A stretch of DNA of 64,000 bases from an uncultured Candidatus Rokubacteria bacterium (GCA_963805625.1 CAWDVE010000017.1:352001-416000); one strand, 5' to 3'. Positions 50,080 through 59,080 are shown, numbered from the stretch's first letter. Notes: generated from the sequence alone by a model not told the origin. A program made the numbers and translations.

Positions 50080-51135
50080 ATGACGTTCTGGAAGAAGAAG
50101 AAGCGACCTGAAGTAGTCGGCCTGGACATCGGCACGAGCGCGATCAAGGTGGTCGAGCTCAAGCCGAAGGGGTCGGCCTACGAGCTGAGTGGATTCGGCA
50201 TCGCCCACGTGCCCGCCGGCGCGATTCAGGGGGGCGAGGTGAAGCAGCCGGACGCGGTGCAGCAGGCGATCCGACAGGCCCTCGTGCAGGGCGGGGTCCA
50301 CGCCACCGAGGCCGTGATCGGTGTGTCGGGAGGCTCCGTTATCGCCAAGCGCGTCAACCTCCCCAAGATGTCGGAGAGCGAGCTCGGCGAATCCATCCGC
50401 TGGGAGGCCGAGCAGCACATCCCCTTCGACATCGACGACGTCAACATCGATTTCCAGATCCTGCGGCAGGACGGACCTCAGCTGGAAGTCATGCTGGTGG
50501 CGGTGAAGAAGGGAAAGGTCCAGAGCTACGCGGACGTCGTGGAGGCGTGCGGGCTCAACGTCGTGGTGGTGGACGTCGACGTCTTCGCGCTCGAGACGCA
50601 GTACCAGCACAACGAGCCTGCTCAGGGCAACGAGGTCGTCGCGCTCGTGAACATCGGGCACGAGACCACGAACACGAACATCCTGCAGGGCGGGGTAAAT
50701 GTGTACGCCCGCGACATCTTCGTCGGGGGCCGGCAGTACGCCTCGACGATCGCCCAGCGCTTCGACCTGGCCCCGGCCGAGGCCGAGGCCATCGTCCGGG
50801 GCGAGCAGGGGTCGGTGAGCTGGGTCGAGGTGGAGCCGGTCCTGGACCTGGTCTCCCAGGAGATCGGCCAGGAGATCCAGCGAACGCTCGACTACTTCGG
50901 CACCACGGCCGAGCACGAGCGTATCCAGCGGATCTTCCTCTCGGGCGGCTGCGCCTTGATCCCGGGTCTCCAGGAGTTCCTGGCCGGACAGTGGGGGATC
51001 GAAGTGATTCGGGCGAACCCCTTCAAGCGGGTTGACGTGGGCACCGGGACCGATGCGGGCATGGTCGACAAGCTGGCGCCGCTCGCGAGCGTCGCGACCG
51101 GGCTGGCAATGCGCTATCCGGACGACCGGAAGTAA
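50080..51135 (+). CDS. pilM: Type IV pilus assembly protein PilM
   Basis: VGLDIGTSAIKVVEL, WEAEQHIPF, DVDVFAL, VNIG, EIQRTLDYF, LSGG, ATGLAMR. Confidence 0.96.
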   Translation: MTFWKKKKRPEVVGLDIGTSAIKVVELKPKGSAYELSGFGIAHVPAGAIQGGEVKQPDAVQQAIRQALVQGGVHATEAVIGVSGGSVIAKRVNLPKMSESELGESIRWEAEQHIPFDIDDVNIDFQILRQDGPQLEVMLVAVKKGKVQSYADVVEACGLNVVVVDVDVFALETQYQHNEPAQGNEVVALVNIGHETTNTNILQGGVNVYARDIFVGGRQYASTIAQRFDLAPAEAEAIVRGEQGSVSWVEVEPVLDLVSQEIGQEIQRTLDYFGTTAEHERIQRIFLSGGCALIPGLQEFLAGQWGIEVIRANPFKRVDVGTGTDAGMVDKLAPLASVATGLAMRYPDDRK

Positions 51136-51147
51136 GGACGGGATACC

Positions 51148-51900
51148 GTGGCGATCAAAATCAACCTGCTCCCACGGGAAGCGCGCACAGCCCGAACCGG
51201 GCGCGCGGCGGCTCCAACCCTCCGCGCAGGCGTCAGTGCCGGGCTCCGCACCCGGGCCGGGCTCCTCACCCGGGTCCTGGGCGGCGTCTTCGTGCTGATG
51301 CTGCTGGCGATGAGCTTGGTCGGGTATCGCGCCTGGTCCGCGAAGCGTGACTACCAGACTCAGATCACGAGGCTGAAGGCCCAGAACGAACAGCTGAAAG
51401 GTCAGCTCAACGAGCTCGACCAGGCCCAGAAGGCGAAGGTTGAGATCCAGCGGCGGATCGAGGTGATCGGCAAGGTCGCCAAGAGCCAGGGCGTGCCGCT
51501 GGCGATGCTCAACGGTGTGCTCCGGGCGGTGCCGCAGGGCGTCTGGCTCTACGGAATCGACATGAAGCCCCAGGAAGTCAAGGTGCGCGTCGAGGAGCAG
51601 AGCGCCGCCACGATGAGCGAGACGTTGGGACAGCTCCAGGCCAAGCGCTCGGAAGTCGAGGGTCAGGGAGCGCGCCCGCCGCAACGGGGCCAGGCGGTCA
51701 CGCGAGAAGTCTCGCAGCTCGCGGGATATTCCGTGGTCATCAAGGGCGGGGCGTTCAACAACTTCCAGGTCGCCGACTTCATGGACAACCTGCGCAAGGT
51801 TGGCATCTTCGCGGACGTGGACTTCGTGGTGACCGAGGCTGAACGGGTCGATCAGACGCGCGTCGTGTCCTTCGAGGTCACGGCGACGGTCAAGCTCTGA
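51148..51900 (+). CDS. pilN: Type IV pilus assembly protein PilN
   Basis: IKINLLP, TM, coiled coil, P.GVWL, VADFMDNL. Confidence 0.92.
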   Translation: MAIKINLLPREARTARTGRAAAPTLRAGVSAGLRTRAGLLTRVLGGVFVLMLLAMSLVGYRAWSAKRDYQTQITRLKAQNEQLKGQLNELDQAQKAKVEIQRRIEVIGKVAKSQGVPLAMLNGVLRAVPQGVWLYGIDMKPQEVKVRVEEQSAATMSETLGQLQAKRSEVEGQGARPPQRGQAVTREVSQLAGYSVVIKGGAFNNFQVADFMDNLRKVGIFADVDFVVTEAERVDQTRVVSFEVTATVKL

Positions 51901-51920
51901 TCGGAGAGGGTTAGAGGACG

Positions 51921-52574
51921 ATGGACCGCGCGGAACGACAGCAGATCATCCTGATCTGCCTCCTCATCCTCGGTGTCGGCTACTTCGCGTGGTCCGGCAT
52001 CGCCGGCTTCGCTGGCGTGAAGGGCCTGCGCGATGAGACCGCGAAGCTCGCGGTGGAGCGGGACGGCCTGCAGAGGGAAGTCAGCAACGCCCAGAAGATG
52101 GTCGAAGACCTCGGGAAAATCAAGCGTGAGCGGGAAGCTCTCGAGGTCCAGCTGCGGGAGCTGTCTCGGCGGCTGCCGACCGAGCACGAATCGGCGGCGG
52201 TGCTCCGGAGTGTGGAGACGCTGGCCGGCAAGTCCGGGCTGACCGTCGGGCAAGTGCGGCGCCGGCCAAACCGCCAGCAGGAGCTCTACGTGGAGATCCC
52301 GATGGAAGTCGGGGTGGGCGGGGGCTACCACGAGTTACTGAAGTTCGCGGATCAGCTCGCGCAGCTGCCGCGCCTCGTCACGCTCAACGAGGTGAAGGTC
52401 CAGGCCCGGCAGCGCGCGGGGGCTCCGGCCGCCGCCCCCGCCGGCCGCGGCACCGATCTGGCGCCGGGGAGCATGCGCGCCGATCTCGTCGCGGTGGTCT
52501 TCCAGGCGGTTCCCATTCCTGCTGCGGCGGCGACGCCCGGGCCAGCGGCGGCCCAGCAGCCAGCCAAGCGCTAG
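51921..52574 (+). CDS. pilO: Type IV pilus assembly protein PilO
   Basis: TM, coiled coil, LP...E....L, YVEIP......GGYH....F...LA.LPRLV. Confidence 0.92.
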   Translation: MDRAERQQIILICLLILGVGYFAWSGIAGFAGVKGLRDETAKLAVERDGLQREVSNAQKMVEDLGKIKREREALEVQLRELSRRLPTEHESAAVLRSVETLAGKSGLTVGQVRRRPNRQQELYVEIPMEVGVGGGYHELLKFADQLAQLPRLVTLNEVKVQARQRAGAPAAAPAGRGTDLAPGSMRADLVAVVFQAVPIPAAAATPGPAAAQQPAKR

Positions 52575-52583
52575 CGGGTCACG

Positions 52584-53123
52584 ATGGAGGGGATGATGCA
52601 CCTTCCAGGCTTGTCCCGGTCGGGGTTGGGTGGGCTCCGGCTAGTGACAGTCGTCGCCGTGAGCCTCCTGATGGCCACGGCGTGGGCTCAGTCCCAGCCG
52701 AAGTTCCCGACGCCGCTGCCCGTGCCGAAGGCGCCCGCGTCGGGTGCCGCGCCGTCGGCGGCCCCGGCGCCGGCACCTGCAGCCCCGACGGCCGGCGCCC
52801 CGGCGCCCACCGGCCCCCGGGACCCGTTCGAGCCCCTAGTGCGGAAGCTCGATCCGGGGGAGGAGCGAAAGGTTCAGGAGGTCGCGAACCTCAAGCTCGT
52901 GGGCATCGTCTGGGATGTGAAGGATTCCGAGGCAATCCGGGCGCTCGTGGAAACGCCCGATGGTCTCGGCTACTACCTGCGCCTCAACGAGGAGAAGTTC
53001 GGCGGGAAGGTCGTGGCGTTGGAGCGGGATCGCGTCCGGTTCGTGATCCGGGAGGAAGTCCCGGGGGTCGGCACGCGAGAGCGGACCGTCGAACTCCGGC
53101 TGCCGAAGCCGGACGGACAGTAG
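52584..53123 (+). CDS. pilP: PilP-like protein
   Basis: RDPFEPL, LKLVGIVW, ALVETPDG.GY; position between pilO and pilQ; no lipobox Cys. Confidence 0.82.
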   Translation: MEGMMHLPGLSRSGLGGLRLVTVVAVSLLMATAWAQSQPKFPTPLPVPKAPASGAAPSAAPAPAPAAPTAGAPAPTGPRDPFEPLVRKLDPGEERKVQEVANLKLVGIVWDVKDSEAIRALVETPDGLGYYLRLNEEKFGGKVVALERDRVRFVIREEVPGVGTRERTVELRLPKPDGQ

Positions 53124-53164
53124 GAAAGCCTGTGGCTATCGCGGCCCGATCGCGACGGTCGAGG

Positions 53165-54988
53165 ATGGGGGGGAGCGGCGTGGCTAGACGAGGAGTCCTG
53201 GTCCTCCTGGGCTTGGCCTGGACGTTTGCCCTCGCGGGGGCGGCGAGGGGAGGCGAGGTGGTGGGCAGCCCCGTGCTGCTGGCCCAGCTTCGCGCGCCGA
53301 TCGTCGCCCAGGCGGCCGGCGGGCTGCAGCGGCCCCGCCTCATCTCGCTGGACTTCAAGGACGCGGACATCAACAACATCCTCCGCATCCTTGCCGAGTT
53401 CAGCGGGCTGAACATCGTGACGAGCGAGGACGTCAAGGGCAAGGTGACGGTCAAGCTCCAGAACGTTCCCTGGCAGCAGGCCCTGGACTCGGTCGTGCGG
53501 GCGGCCAAGCTTGCCTACGTGCAGGAAGGCAATATCATCCGGGTCGACAAGCTCGAGAACCTCACGAAGGAGGCCGAAGCGGCTTTCAAGGCCGAGCAGC
53601 GTGAGGTGGAGATCTCGCAGCGGCGCAAGGAGGGAGACCTCCGGCTCGCCGAGCAGGAGCGGGCGGCTGCGCTGGCCCGCCAGGAGTTCGAGGTCAAGCG
53701 GCTACAGCTGGAAGGCTTGCTGGCCCCGCTGGTCGAGGAAGTTGTCAAGCTCAAGTACGGGCACGTCGGCATCAAGCGCGTCCAGTCCATCGACTTCTTC
53801 ACCGACACTATCACGACGTTCGAGGAGAAAGGTGTCGAGGACGCGATCTCGGGGGGGCTCAAGAAGGAGGAAGGCAAGCCCGCCGGGATGCTTTCCCCGA
53901 GGGGCCAGCTGACCGTCGACCAGCGAACCAACTCCCTGATCGTTCGTGACATTCCCGATAACATGGTCAAGATCAAGGCCTTCCTCGAAAAGGTCGATCG
54001 ACCCGCGGCGTCGGTCCTGATCGAGGCGCGACTCGTAGAGATGTCGCGGACCGACGCGCGGTCCCTCGGCGTGATCTGGGGTGGCGCGTGGACTCCACGC
54101 ACCTCGTCCAATGGGCCCATCGTCGACCTGCGGGGCGCCCCGCCGGGTGGACCGATCTCCGGCGAGACGGCGGGGGCCGCGACGCCGACGACTGCCGCCA
54201 ACTTCCCCGCTCAGCTCGGCAGGTTGTTGGCCGGTGCCACTCCCTTTGGTCTGGGAATGGGCTGGCTCGCGTCGAACTTCGCGCTCGACATCCAGCTCCA
54301 GGCGCTGGAGGGGCAGCGCCGGGCCCGGATCCTTTCGTCGCCGAGCTTGCTGACGGTCGACAACCAGCCGGCGACCGTGGCCAGTGGCCAGAAGTTCCCG
54401 ATCATCAGCCTGACGTCTGTGCAGGGTGCCCAGCAGGCGTCCATCACCTTCCAGGACGTGACGACGCGCCTGCAGGTCACCCCCCGCGTCGTGGCCGAGG
54501 ATCGCCTCGTGCTGACGATCGCCGTAAAGGACGAGATCGAACAGGAAAGAATCACCACGGCTTTCTTGATCGCACCAGTCGTAGCCACCCGGCAGACGAT
54601 CACTCAGGCCGATATCGCCGACGGCGGCACGGTGGTGATTTCCGGTCTTCGTCAGGAAGCCTTTCAGAACGACGAGAAGGGAATTCCCTGGCTCTCGAAG
54701 ATCCCCGTGCTCGGGTGGTTGTTCAAGAACGACCTGACGGAGTCGGTGCGACGCGAGCTGGTTGTGTTCCTCACGGCGAAGATCGTGGCGAATCCTGGCC
54801 AGGCCGGCCTCGCGCCGCCGGCTGCGCTACCGGCTGCGCCCGGCATGCCCGCGCCTCCGGGACCGAGCGGGCAGGCTCCGACGACCATCCCGAAGACGGT
54901 CTCGGCAGCGGCTCTGGTGCCGGCGCCGATCTCTTCCGGTCCCGTCGTCCGGCCCCCGGCGCCGGCCGATCGGGCGGGAGAACGATGA
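53165..54988 (+). CDS. pilQ: Type IV pilus secretin PilQ (no AMIN domains)
   Basis: ISLDFKDADI.NILR.LAE..GLNIV, VPWQQALD, D.RTNSLIV.D, VLIEARLVE, L.VTPRV, IPWLSKIPVLGWLFK. Confidence 0.93.
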   Translation: MGGSGVARRGVLVLLGLAWTFALAGAARGGEVVGSPVLLAQLRAPIVAQAAGGLQRPRLISLDFKDADINNILRILAEFSGLNIVTSEDVKGKVTVKLQNVPWQQALDSVVRAAKLAYVQEGNIIRVDKLENLTKEAEAAFKAEQREVEISQRRKEGDLRLAEQERAAALARQEFEVKRLQLEGLLAPLVEEVVKLKYGHVGIKRVQSIDFFTDTITTFEEKGVEDAISGGLKKEEGKPAGMLSPRGQLTVDQRTNSLIVRDIPDNMVKIKAFLEKVDRPAASVLIEARLVEMSRTDARSLGVIWGGAWTPRTSSNGPIVDLRGAPPGGPISGETAGAATPTTAANFPAQLGRLLAGATPFGLGMGWLASNFALDIQLQALEGQRRARILSSPSLLTVDNQPATVASGQKFPIISLTSVQGAQQASITFQDVTTRLQVTPRVVAEDRLVLTIAVKDEIEQERITTAFLIAPVVATRQTITQADIADGGTVVISGLRQEAFQNDEKGIPWLSKIPVLGWLFKNDLTESVRRELVVFLTAKIVANPGQAGLAPPAALPAAPGMPAPPGPSGQAPTTIPKTVSAAALVPAPISSGPVVRPPAPADRAGER

Positions 54989-55605
54989 TGGATATGCGGG
55001 CGGTGCAGAGACTCGCAGTCGGGGCGGCGGTCGGTCTCGCCTTGCTTGCCGCCGCGGCGTCGCCCGCGCTTGCCCAAGAGTACACGATCCACCTTCACGG
55101 CCACACCGTACCCCTGAAGGCGAGCTTCTACGCCGAGGATCCGCCCTGGATCTTCTTCCGGGACGACGACAGCCAGTACGTGTTTGCCGTGGGCTGCGAC
55201 CGGATCCAGCGGGTCGAGCGTGGCGGGGCGGCGATCCCACCCGCTCCGTGCCCAGTGGAGCGGCTGCCCACGACGATGCCGCGCGTGTACCTCGGAATCA
55301 TGGACCTCGAGGCCAAGCGCCTCGACGACTCGATTGCCCGGCTCCGGGAGCAGACGCGCGCCTACGCGCAGGCGGTCATCGGCACCTTCGCGGCGACCGG
55401 TGAGTTCGCGGCCGACCCGAGCACGCGGGCCGAAGCGGAGCTGGCCCGGCGGCGGAACCTCGACGCCGTGGCCTTCTTGCAGAACCAGATCCAGGACACC
55501 TTGTTCGAGATCCGCCTGACGGAATCACGCGTCGGGACGCTCCTCGAGGCGTCCAAGACGTACCCAAAGTCCGAGCGGCAGCGGTTCTACTTCTTCACCA
55601 AGTAG
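54985..55605 (+). CDS. Secreted hypothetical protein coupled to pilQ
   Basis: ATGA overlap with pilQ; signal peptide ending ALA|Q; small beta domain followed by helical coiled coil. Confidence 0.7.
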   Translation: MMDMRAVQRLAVGAAVGLALLAAAASPALAQEYTIHLHGHTVPLKASFYAEDPPWIFFRDDDSQYVFAVGCDRIQRVERGGAAIPPAPCPVERLPTTMPRVYLGIMDLEAKRLDDSIARLREQTRAYAQAVIGTFAATGEFAADPSTRAEAELARRRNLDAVAFLQNQIQDTLFEIRLTESRVGTLLEASKTYPKSERQRFYFFTK

Positions 55606-55619
55606 AGACTAGCGAGGCG

Positions 55620-56705
55620 GTGCGGGAGGTCATGGTGCACCTTGGGGCCCGGAGCTACACGGTCCAGATCGGGCCGGGTCTTCTCGACGCGGCCGGGCCG
55701 GCGTGCGCCAAGCTTCGCCTCGGCCGCCGGGCGGCGGTCGTCACGCAGCCCGCCGTCGCGCCGCACGCCGCGCGCGTGACGGAGAGCCTCCGGAGCGCCG
55801 GCTTCGAGCCCGTGGTCCTCGTGGTGATGGAGGGCGAGGAGAGCAAGAGCCTCCGGGAGGCCGAGCGGCTCTGGGACGGGTTCGTCGCTCACGGCCTCGA
55901 CCGTTCCTCACCGGTCGTCGCGGTCGGGGGCGGCGTCGTGGGCGACCTGGCAGGCTTCGCCGGGGCGGCGTTCATGCGCGGCCTGCCGGTGATCCAGGTG
56001 CCGACGACCCTTCTCGCGCAGGTCGACGCGTCCATCGGCGGGAAAGTGGCCGTCAACCATCCGCGAGGCAAGAACCTCATTGGCGCCTTCCACCAGCCCC
56101 GGCTGGTCCTGATCGACCCCGAGGCGCTGCGGACGCTGCCGGAGCGGGAGTACCGCTCGGGCCTCGCCGAGGTCGTGAAGACCGGTGTCGCGCTCGACGC
56201 AGACCTGTTCCACTCGCTCGAGACGGGCTTGGACGCGCTTCGGCGACGGGATGCGGCCCTTCTCGAGGCGGTGGTGGCGACCTGCTGTGCCGCGAAGGCC
56301 CGGATCGTCGAGCGGGACGAGCGCGAGGAGACCGGTCTCCGCATGGTGCTGAACTACGGACACACGGTCGGCCACGCGCTCGAGGCTCTGTCGGGCTACC
56401 GTCGCTGGCTCCACGGCGAGGCCGTGGCCATCGGGATGGCGGCCGCCGGGCGGCTGGCCGTGCGAATGGGCTGGGCGGACGCGAGCGCGGCCGCGCGCCA
56501 GGAAGCGCTCCTGGAACGGGTCGGCCTCCCGACCCGGTTCGGCGGCATCGCCCCGGGCGAGATCGCCGATGCGCTGCGCCACGACAAGAAGGCCCGGGAC
56601 GGCCGCGTGCCCTTCATCCTGATGAGGAGCGTGGGGCGGGCCGAGGTCTGCCACGACGTCCCGGCGGAAATGGTCCTCCAGGTCTTGCAGGAGATCCAGC
56701 AATGA
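55620..56705 (+). CDS. aroB: 3-dehydroquinate synthase
   Basis: GEESKS, GGGVVGDLAGF, PTTLLAQVDASIGGK, KNLIGAFHQP, LNYGHTVGHALE, HGEAVAIG, DKK. Confidence 0.97.
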   Translation: MREVMVHLGARSYTVQIGPGLLDAAGPACAKLRLGRRAAVVTQPAVAPHAARVTESLRSAGFEPVVLVVMEGEESKSLREAERLWDGFVAHGLDRSSPVVAVGGGVVGDLAGFAGAAFMRGLPVIQVPTTLLAQVDASIGGKVAVNHPRGKNLIGAFHQPRLVLIDPEALRTLPEREYRSGLAEVVKTGVALDADLFHSLETGLDALRRRDAALLEAVVATCCAAKARIVERDEREETGLRMVLNYGHTVGHALEALSGYRRWLHGEAVAIGMAAAGRLAVRMGWADASAAARQEALLERVGLPTRFGGIAPGEIADALRHDKKARDGRVPFILMRSVGRAEVCHDVPAEMVLQVLQEIQQ

Positions 56706-56740
56706 CTCGCGCCCCGATGCGGGCAACGGAGAGGGAGCCG

Positions 56741-57175
56741 ATGCGAAGGATGTCGTGGGGACCGATGCTGTGCGTTGTCATCCTCGGAGCGGCTCTGGCA
56801 AGCTGCGACAGCCCCAACCGGGGCGGGGGCACACAGCCCAGCGCAGCCTCGGGATTCCTTATCGACCTCGTCGCCAGCCCAAACGTTGTACGCGGGCAGA
56901 CGGCCGGCAGCGGCGAGGAGGCCGGAGGGTGCGCGCTGGTCCAGGCCAAGGTGTACGACACCAAGGGGCAGCTCGTCGACGGCACCCCAGTCGCGTTCAC
57001 GACCACGCTCTGCTGCTTCGCCGGCCCGGAGGAGGTCAACATCGTTTCGCAGGTCGTAACCACGTTCCGTGGCACGGCCACCGTGACCTTCTGCGCCAAG
57101 AGGGAGCGAGGGACGGCCACCATCACCGCCGCTGTCGAGGATGCCTTCGACACCGTGCTCATCACGGTCTTCTAG
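56741..57175 (+). CDS. Lipoprotein with invasin/Big_1-like Ig domain
   Basis: LASC lipobox; A.VYD..G..V.GTPV.FTTT, G.ATVT, GTATITA pattern. Confidence 0.7.
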   Translation: MRRMSWGPMLCVVILGAALASCDSPNRGGGTQPSAASGFLIDLVASPNVVRGQTAGSGEEAGGCALVQAKVYDTKGQLVDGTPVAFTTTLCCFAGPEEVNIVSQVVTTFRGTATVTFCAKRERGTATITAAVEDAFDTVLITVF

Positions 57176-57187
57176 GGGGCCAGGACC

Positions 57188-57742
57188 ATGGATGCGAAAC
57201 TGTCACCTCCCAGCGCGAGACGGCGCCCGTGGGCCTTCCGTCCCTGGACCCTCGTGGTCTTGGCCCTCCTTCTGGTGGCCGGCACGCTGATCCAGGCGTG
57301 CACGGATAACGACGCCACCACCGGGCCGACGTTTTCGTGCAACGAGAACCCAATCGGGCGAGGCGCCGGATCAGGAAGCGTCCGATCCCTCGCTGCCTGC
57401 CCTCAGAGCGGGGGGCCGGTCCCGCTCGTTGGAGACGGCATCGGTGGCCCGGAAGGCACGCTCTTTGTGCTGGTCACCGTTAACCCCGCCAGCATTGAGG
57501 TTGGTCGGCGGGCGAGCGTCCTCACGATTGTCACGAACGCCACCGGCATTGGCATTCCGAATAGACCGGTACAGCTGACCGCCTCGGGCGGGAACCTCGA
57601 CGCGACGTCGGGGGTGACCGACTCCTCCGGCCTATTCTCGACGACGATCTTTGTTCCGTGCGATTCCGTGGGGGGTCAGGTAACTGCCATCGTCGCGGGC
57701 AAGGTGTCGACCGGGACCTTCACAACAACGGGCGGATGCTGA
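57188..57742 (+). CDS. Lipoprotein with Big_1-like Ig domain, probably C-terminally truncated
   Basis: IQAC lipobox; VTVNPASI, V.LTASGG.L....GVTD..G..ST; its stop codon lies inside a foreign 46-bp patch. Confidence 0.7.
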   Translation: MDAKLSPPSARRRPWAFRPWTLVVLALLLVAGTLIQACTDNDATTGPTFSCNENPIGRGAGSGSVRSLAACPQSGGPVPLVGDGIGGPEGTLFVLVTVNPASIEVGRRASVLTIVTNATGIGIPNRPVQLTASGGNLDATSGVTDSSGLFSTTIFVPCDSVGGQVTAIVAGKVSTGTFTTTGGC

Positions 57743-57773
57743 ATGCCGAGCTGATCCGGGTGGGCCTGGCCCG

Positions 57774-57875
57774 AATCTCGACGCTGAACTGGCAATTCTG
57801 ACCATCACCCCCGCCGCGACGTACACCGTCGGGGCTCCGGCCGCGGCTCAGGTGTAGATCGTCGACGGAGGTTAG
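57774..57875 (+). pseudogene. Orphan C-terminal remnant resembling a Calx-beta domain end
   Basis: NLDAELAILTITPAATYTVGAPAAAQV*IVDGG* resembles E-x-x-x-L-T-L..Y-x-V-G-x-P-x-x-A-x-V-x-I-x-D, with an internal TAG. Confidence 0.5.
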
Positions 57876-57905
57876 GAGGCCGGATCCTCGCCCGCGCTGA
57901 TGTGC

Positions 57906-57941
57906 CATCACCCCCTCCCCGCGGAGGGGGTGATGCTTTTT
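57906..57941 (+). terminator. Rho-independent terminator
   Basis: Perfect 13-bp stem CATCACCCCCTCC-ccgc-GGAGGGGGTGATG followed by CTTTTT. Confidence 0.85.
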
Positions 57942-57976
57942 CGAGAGAGCTCCCGGTGGGCGTGGCTCCAGCCTGG

Positions 57977-59080
57977 CTACCGGCGGGTCATGACCTCCTG
58001 GAAGAGGTCGACGTAGCGGATGTTCCGAGCCTCAGCCCGAGGCTGGGCGAGGCCCACCCGGATCAACTCGGCGTTCAGCATGCGCCCGTTCGGCAGGTAC
58101 ACGTACGCGAGCCAGTCCCCGTTCGCGCCGGATCGCTCGCGGTCGAACTCGAGGTGGACCAGGAGCCCGCGGTCGAGCCCGGTCCAGGGGTCCTCGAGGA
58201 CCCGCTCACCCGGGAGGGGCTCGACGCCGATCAGCCGGACGCGATGCAGGCGCTGGCTCACGCGGACCTCGATCCGGTCAGGCTCGAGCCGCCGAACGAA
58301 CCGGGCCGCCAGGCGTCCCCGCGACGACTCGGCCTCCTGGGGGAGGAGCTGGGCGATCTCGCCGAGCGCGAACCCCACGACCCCGCCAAGCCGGCGGAAG
58401 CGGATCTCGCCCGCTTCCAGCCAGAACCCGTCCACCTGCACCACGACGCCGTTGGCGAGTTGGAGGAGATGCGGGCGATTGCTGAGAGTGGGCGGCGGCG
58501 CGCCGGTCGGCCGGGCGTCCGCTCCGAGTCCCTGGGGTCCGAGCCTCACGCTCTCGCCGTCGGAGGCCCAGAGGGTGATCCAGGCCTCGGGCACGCCGGG
58601 GGCGGCGGGGACGCGCAGCACCCCGACCAGGTCCGACCGGTGGAAGCTGAGCGAGCCCTCGGGAGTGCCGACGCGGACCTCCGAGCCGGTCGTGCCGACG
58701 GTGCTGGCCCGGACCGTCGCTCCGCTCCGCGTAGCGACGTAGAGCGGGGTTCCGGCGCCCTCGCCCGTGGCCGGGGCGGCCGGCGGCAGCATCGCCTCCG
58801 TCTCCTCCGACTCGTCGGGCACGATCCGGAGCACCTCGTAACGCGGGATCCCCACCCAGCCCCCGTACTTCTCGAACCGGATCTGACCGTCCTGCTCGAC
58901 GTACTTCTGGACGACGATCGGATCGCCACCGTCGATCAGGTGGATGAGGTAGGCGCGGGGCGTCGCCGACCACCCGCGCGGGGAAGCCGTGGTCGGCTGG
59001 CCGAGGGCGGGTCCGCCGAGCATCGCGGCGAGCAGAACGCCCGTCCCGATCGCGCAGAGCGGTCTGGCGGCTCCAGCCAT
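57977..59080 (-). CDS. Secreted protein with three small beta repeats and a degenerate thermonuclease (SNase-like) domain
   Basis: Signal peptide; VRLIGV, V.LEFD, LAYVYLPNGRMLNAELIRVGLA; catalytic motifs altered. Confidence 0.78.
   Translation of the reverse strand: MAGAARPLCAIGTGVLLAAMLGGPALGQPTTASPRGWSATPRAYLIHLIDGGDPIVVQKYVEQDGQIRFEKYGGWVGIPRYEVLRIVPDESEETEAMLPPAAPATGEGAGTPLYVATRSGATVRASTVGTTGSEVRVGTPEGSLSFHRSDLVGVLRVPAAPGVPEAWITLWASDGESVRLGPQGLGADARPTGAPPPTLSNRPHLLQLANGVVVQVDGFWLEAGEIRFRRLGGVVGFALGEIAQLLPQEAESSRGRLAARFVRRLEPDRIEVRVSQRLHRVRLIGVEPLPGERVLEDPWTGLDRGLLVHLEFDRERSGANGDWLAYVYLPNGRMLNAELIRVGLAQPRAEARNIRYVDLFQEVMTRR

Larger units (their letters stand above)
57727..58090. repeat. 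46-bp inverted repeat pair (57727-57772 and 58045-58090)
   Basis: aacgggcgGatgctgaaTgccgagCtgatccgggtgggcctGgccc versus reverse complement aacgggcgCatgctgaaCgccgagTtgatccgggtgggcctCgccc; 42/46 identical. Confidence 0.92.

Noticed and set aside
57727-58090. Repeat pair considered as a DGR template/variable region or a shufflon
   Set aside because: Mismatches are not adenine-specific, no reverse transcriptase or recombinase is in the window, and inversion would not create an in-frame lipoprotein fusion
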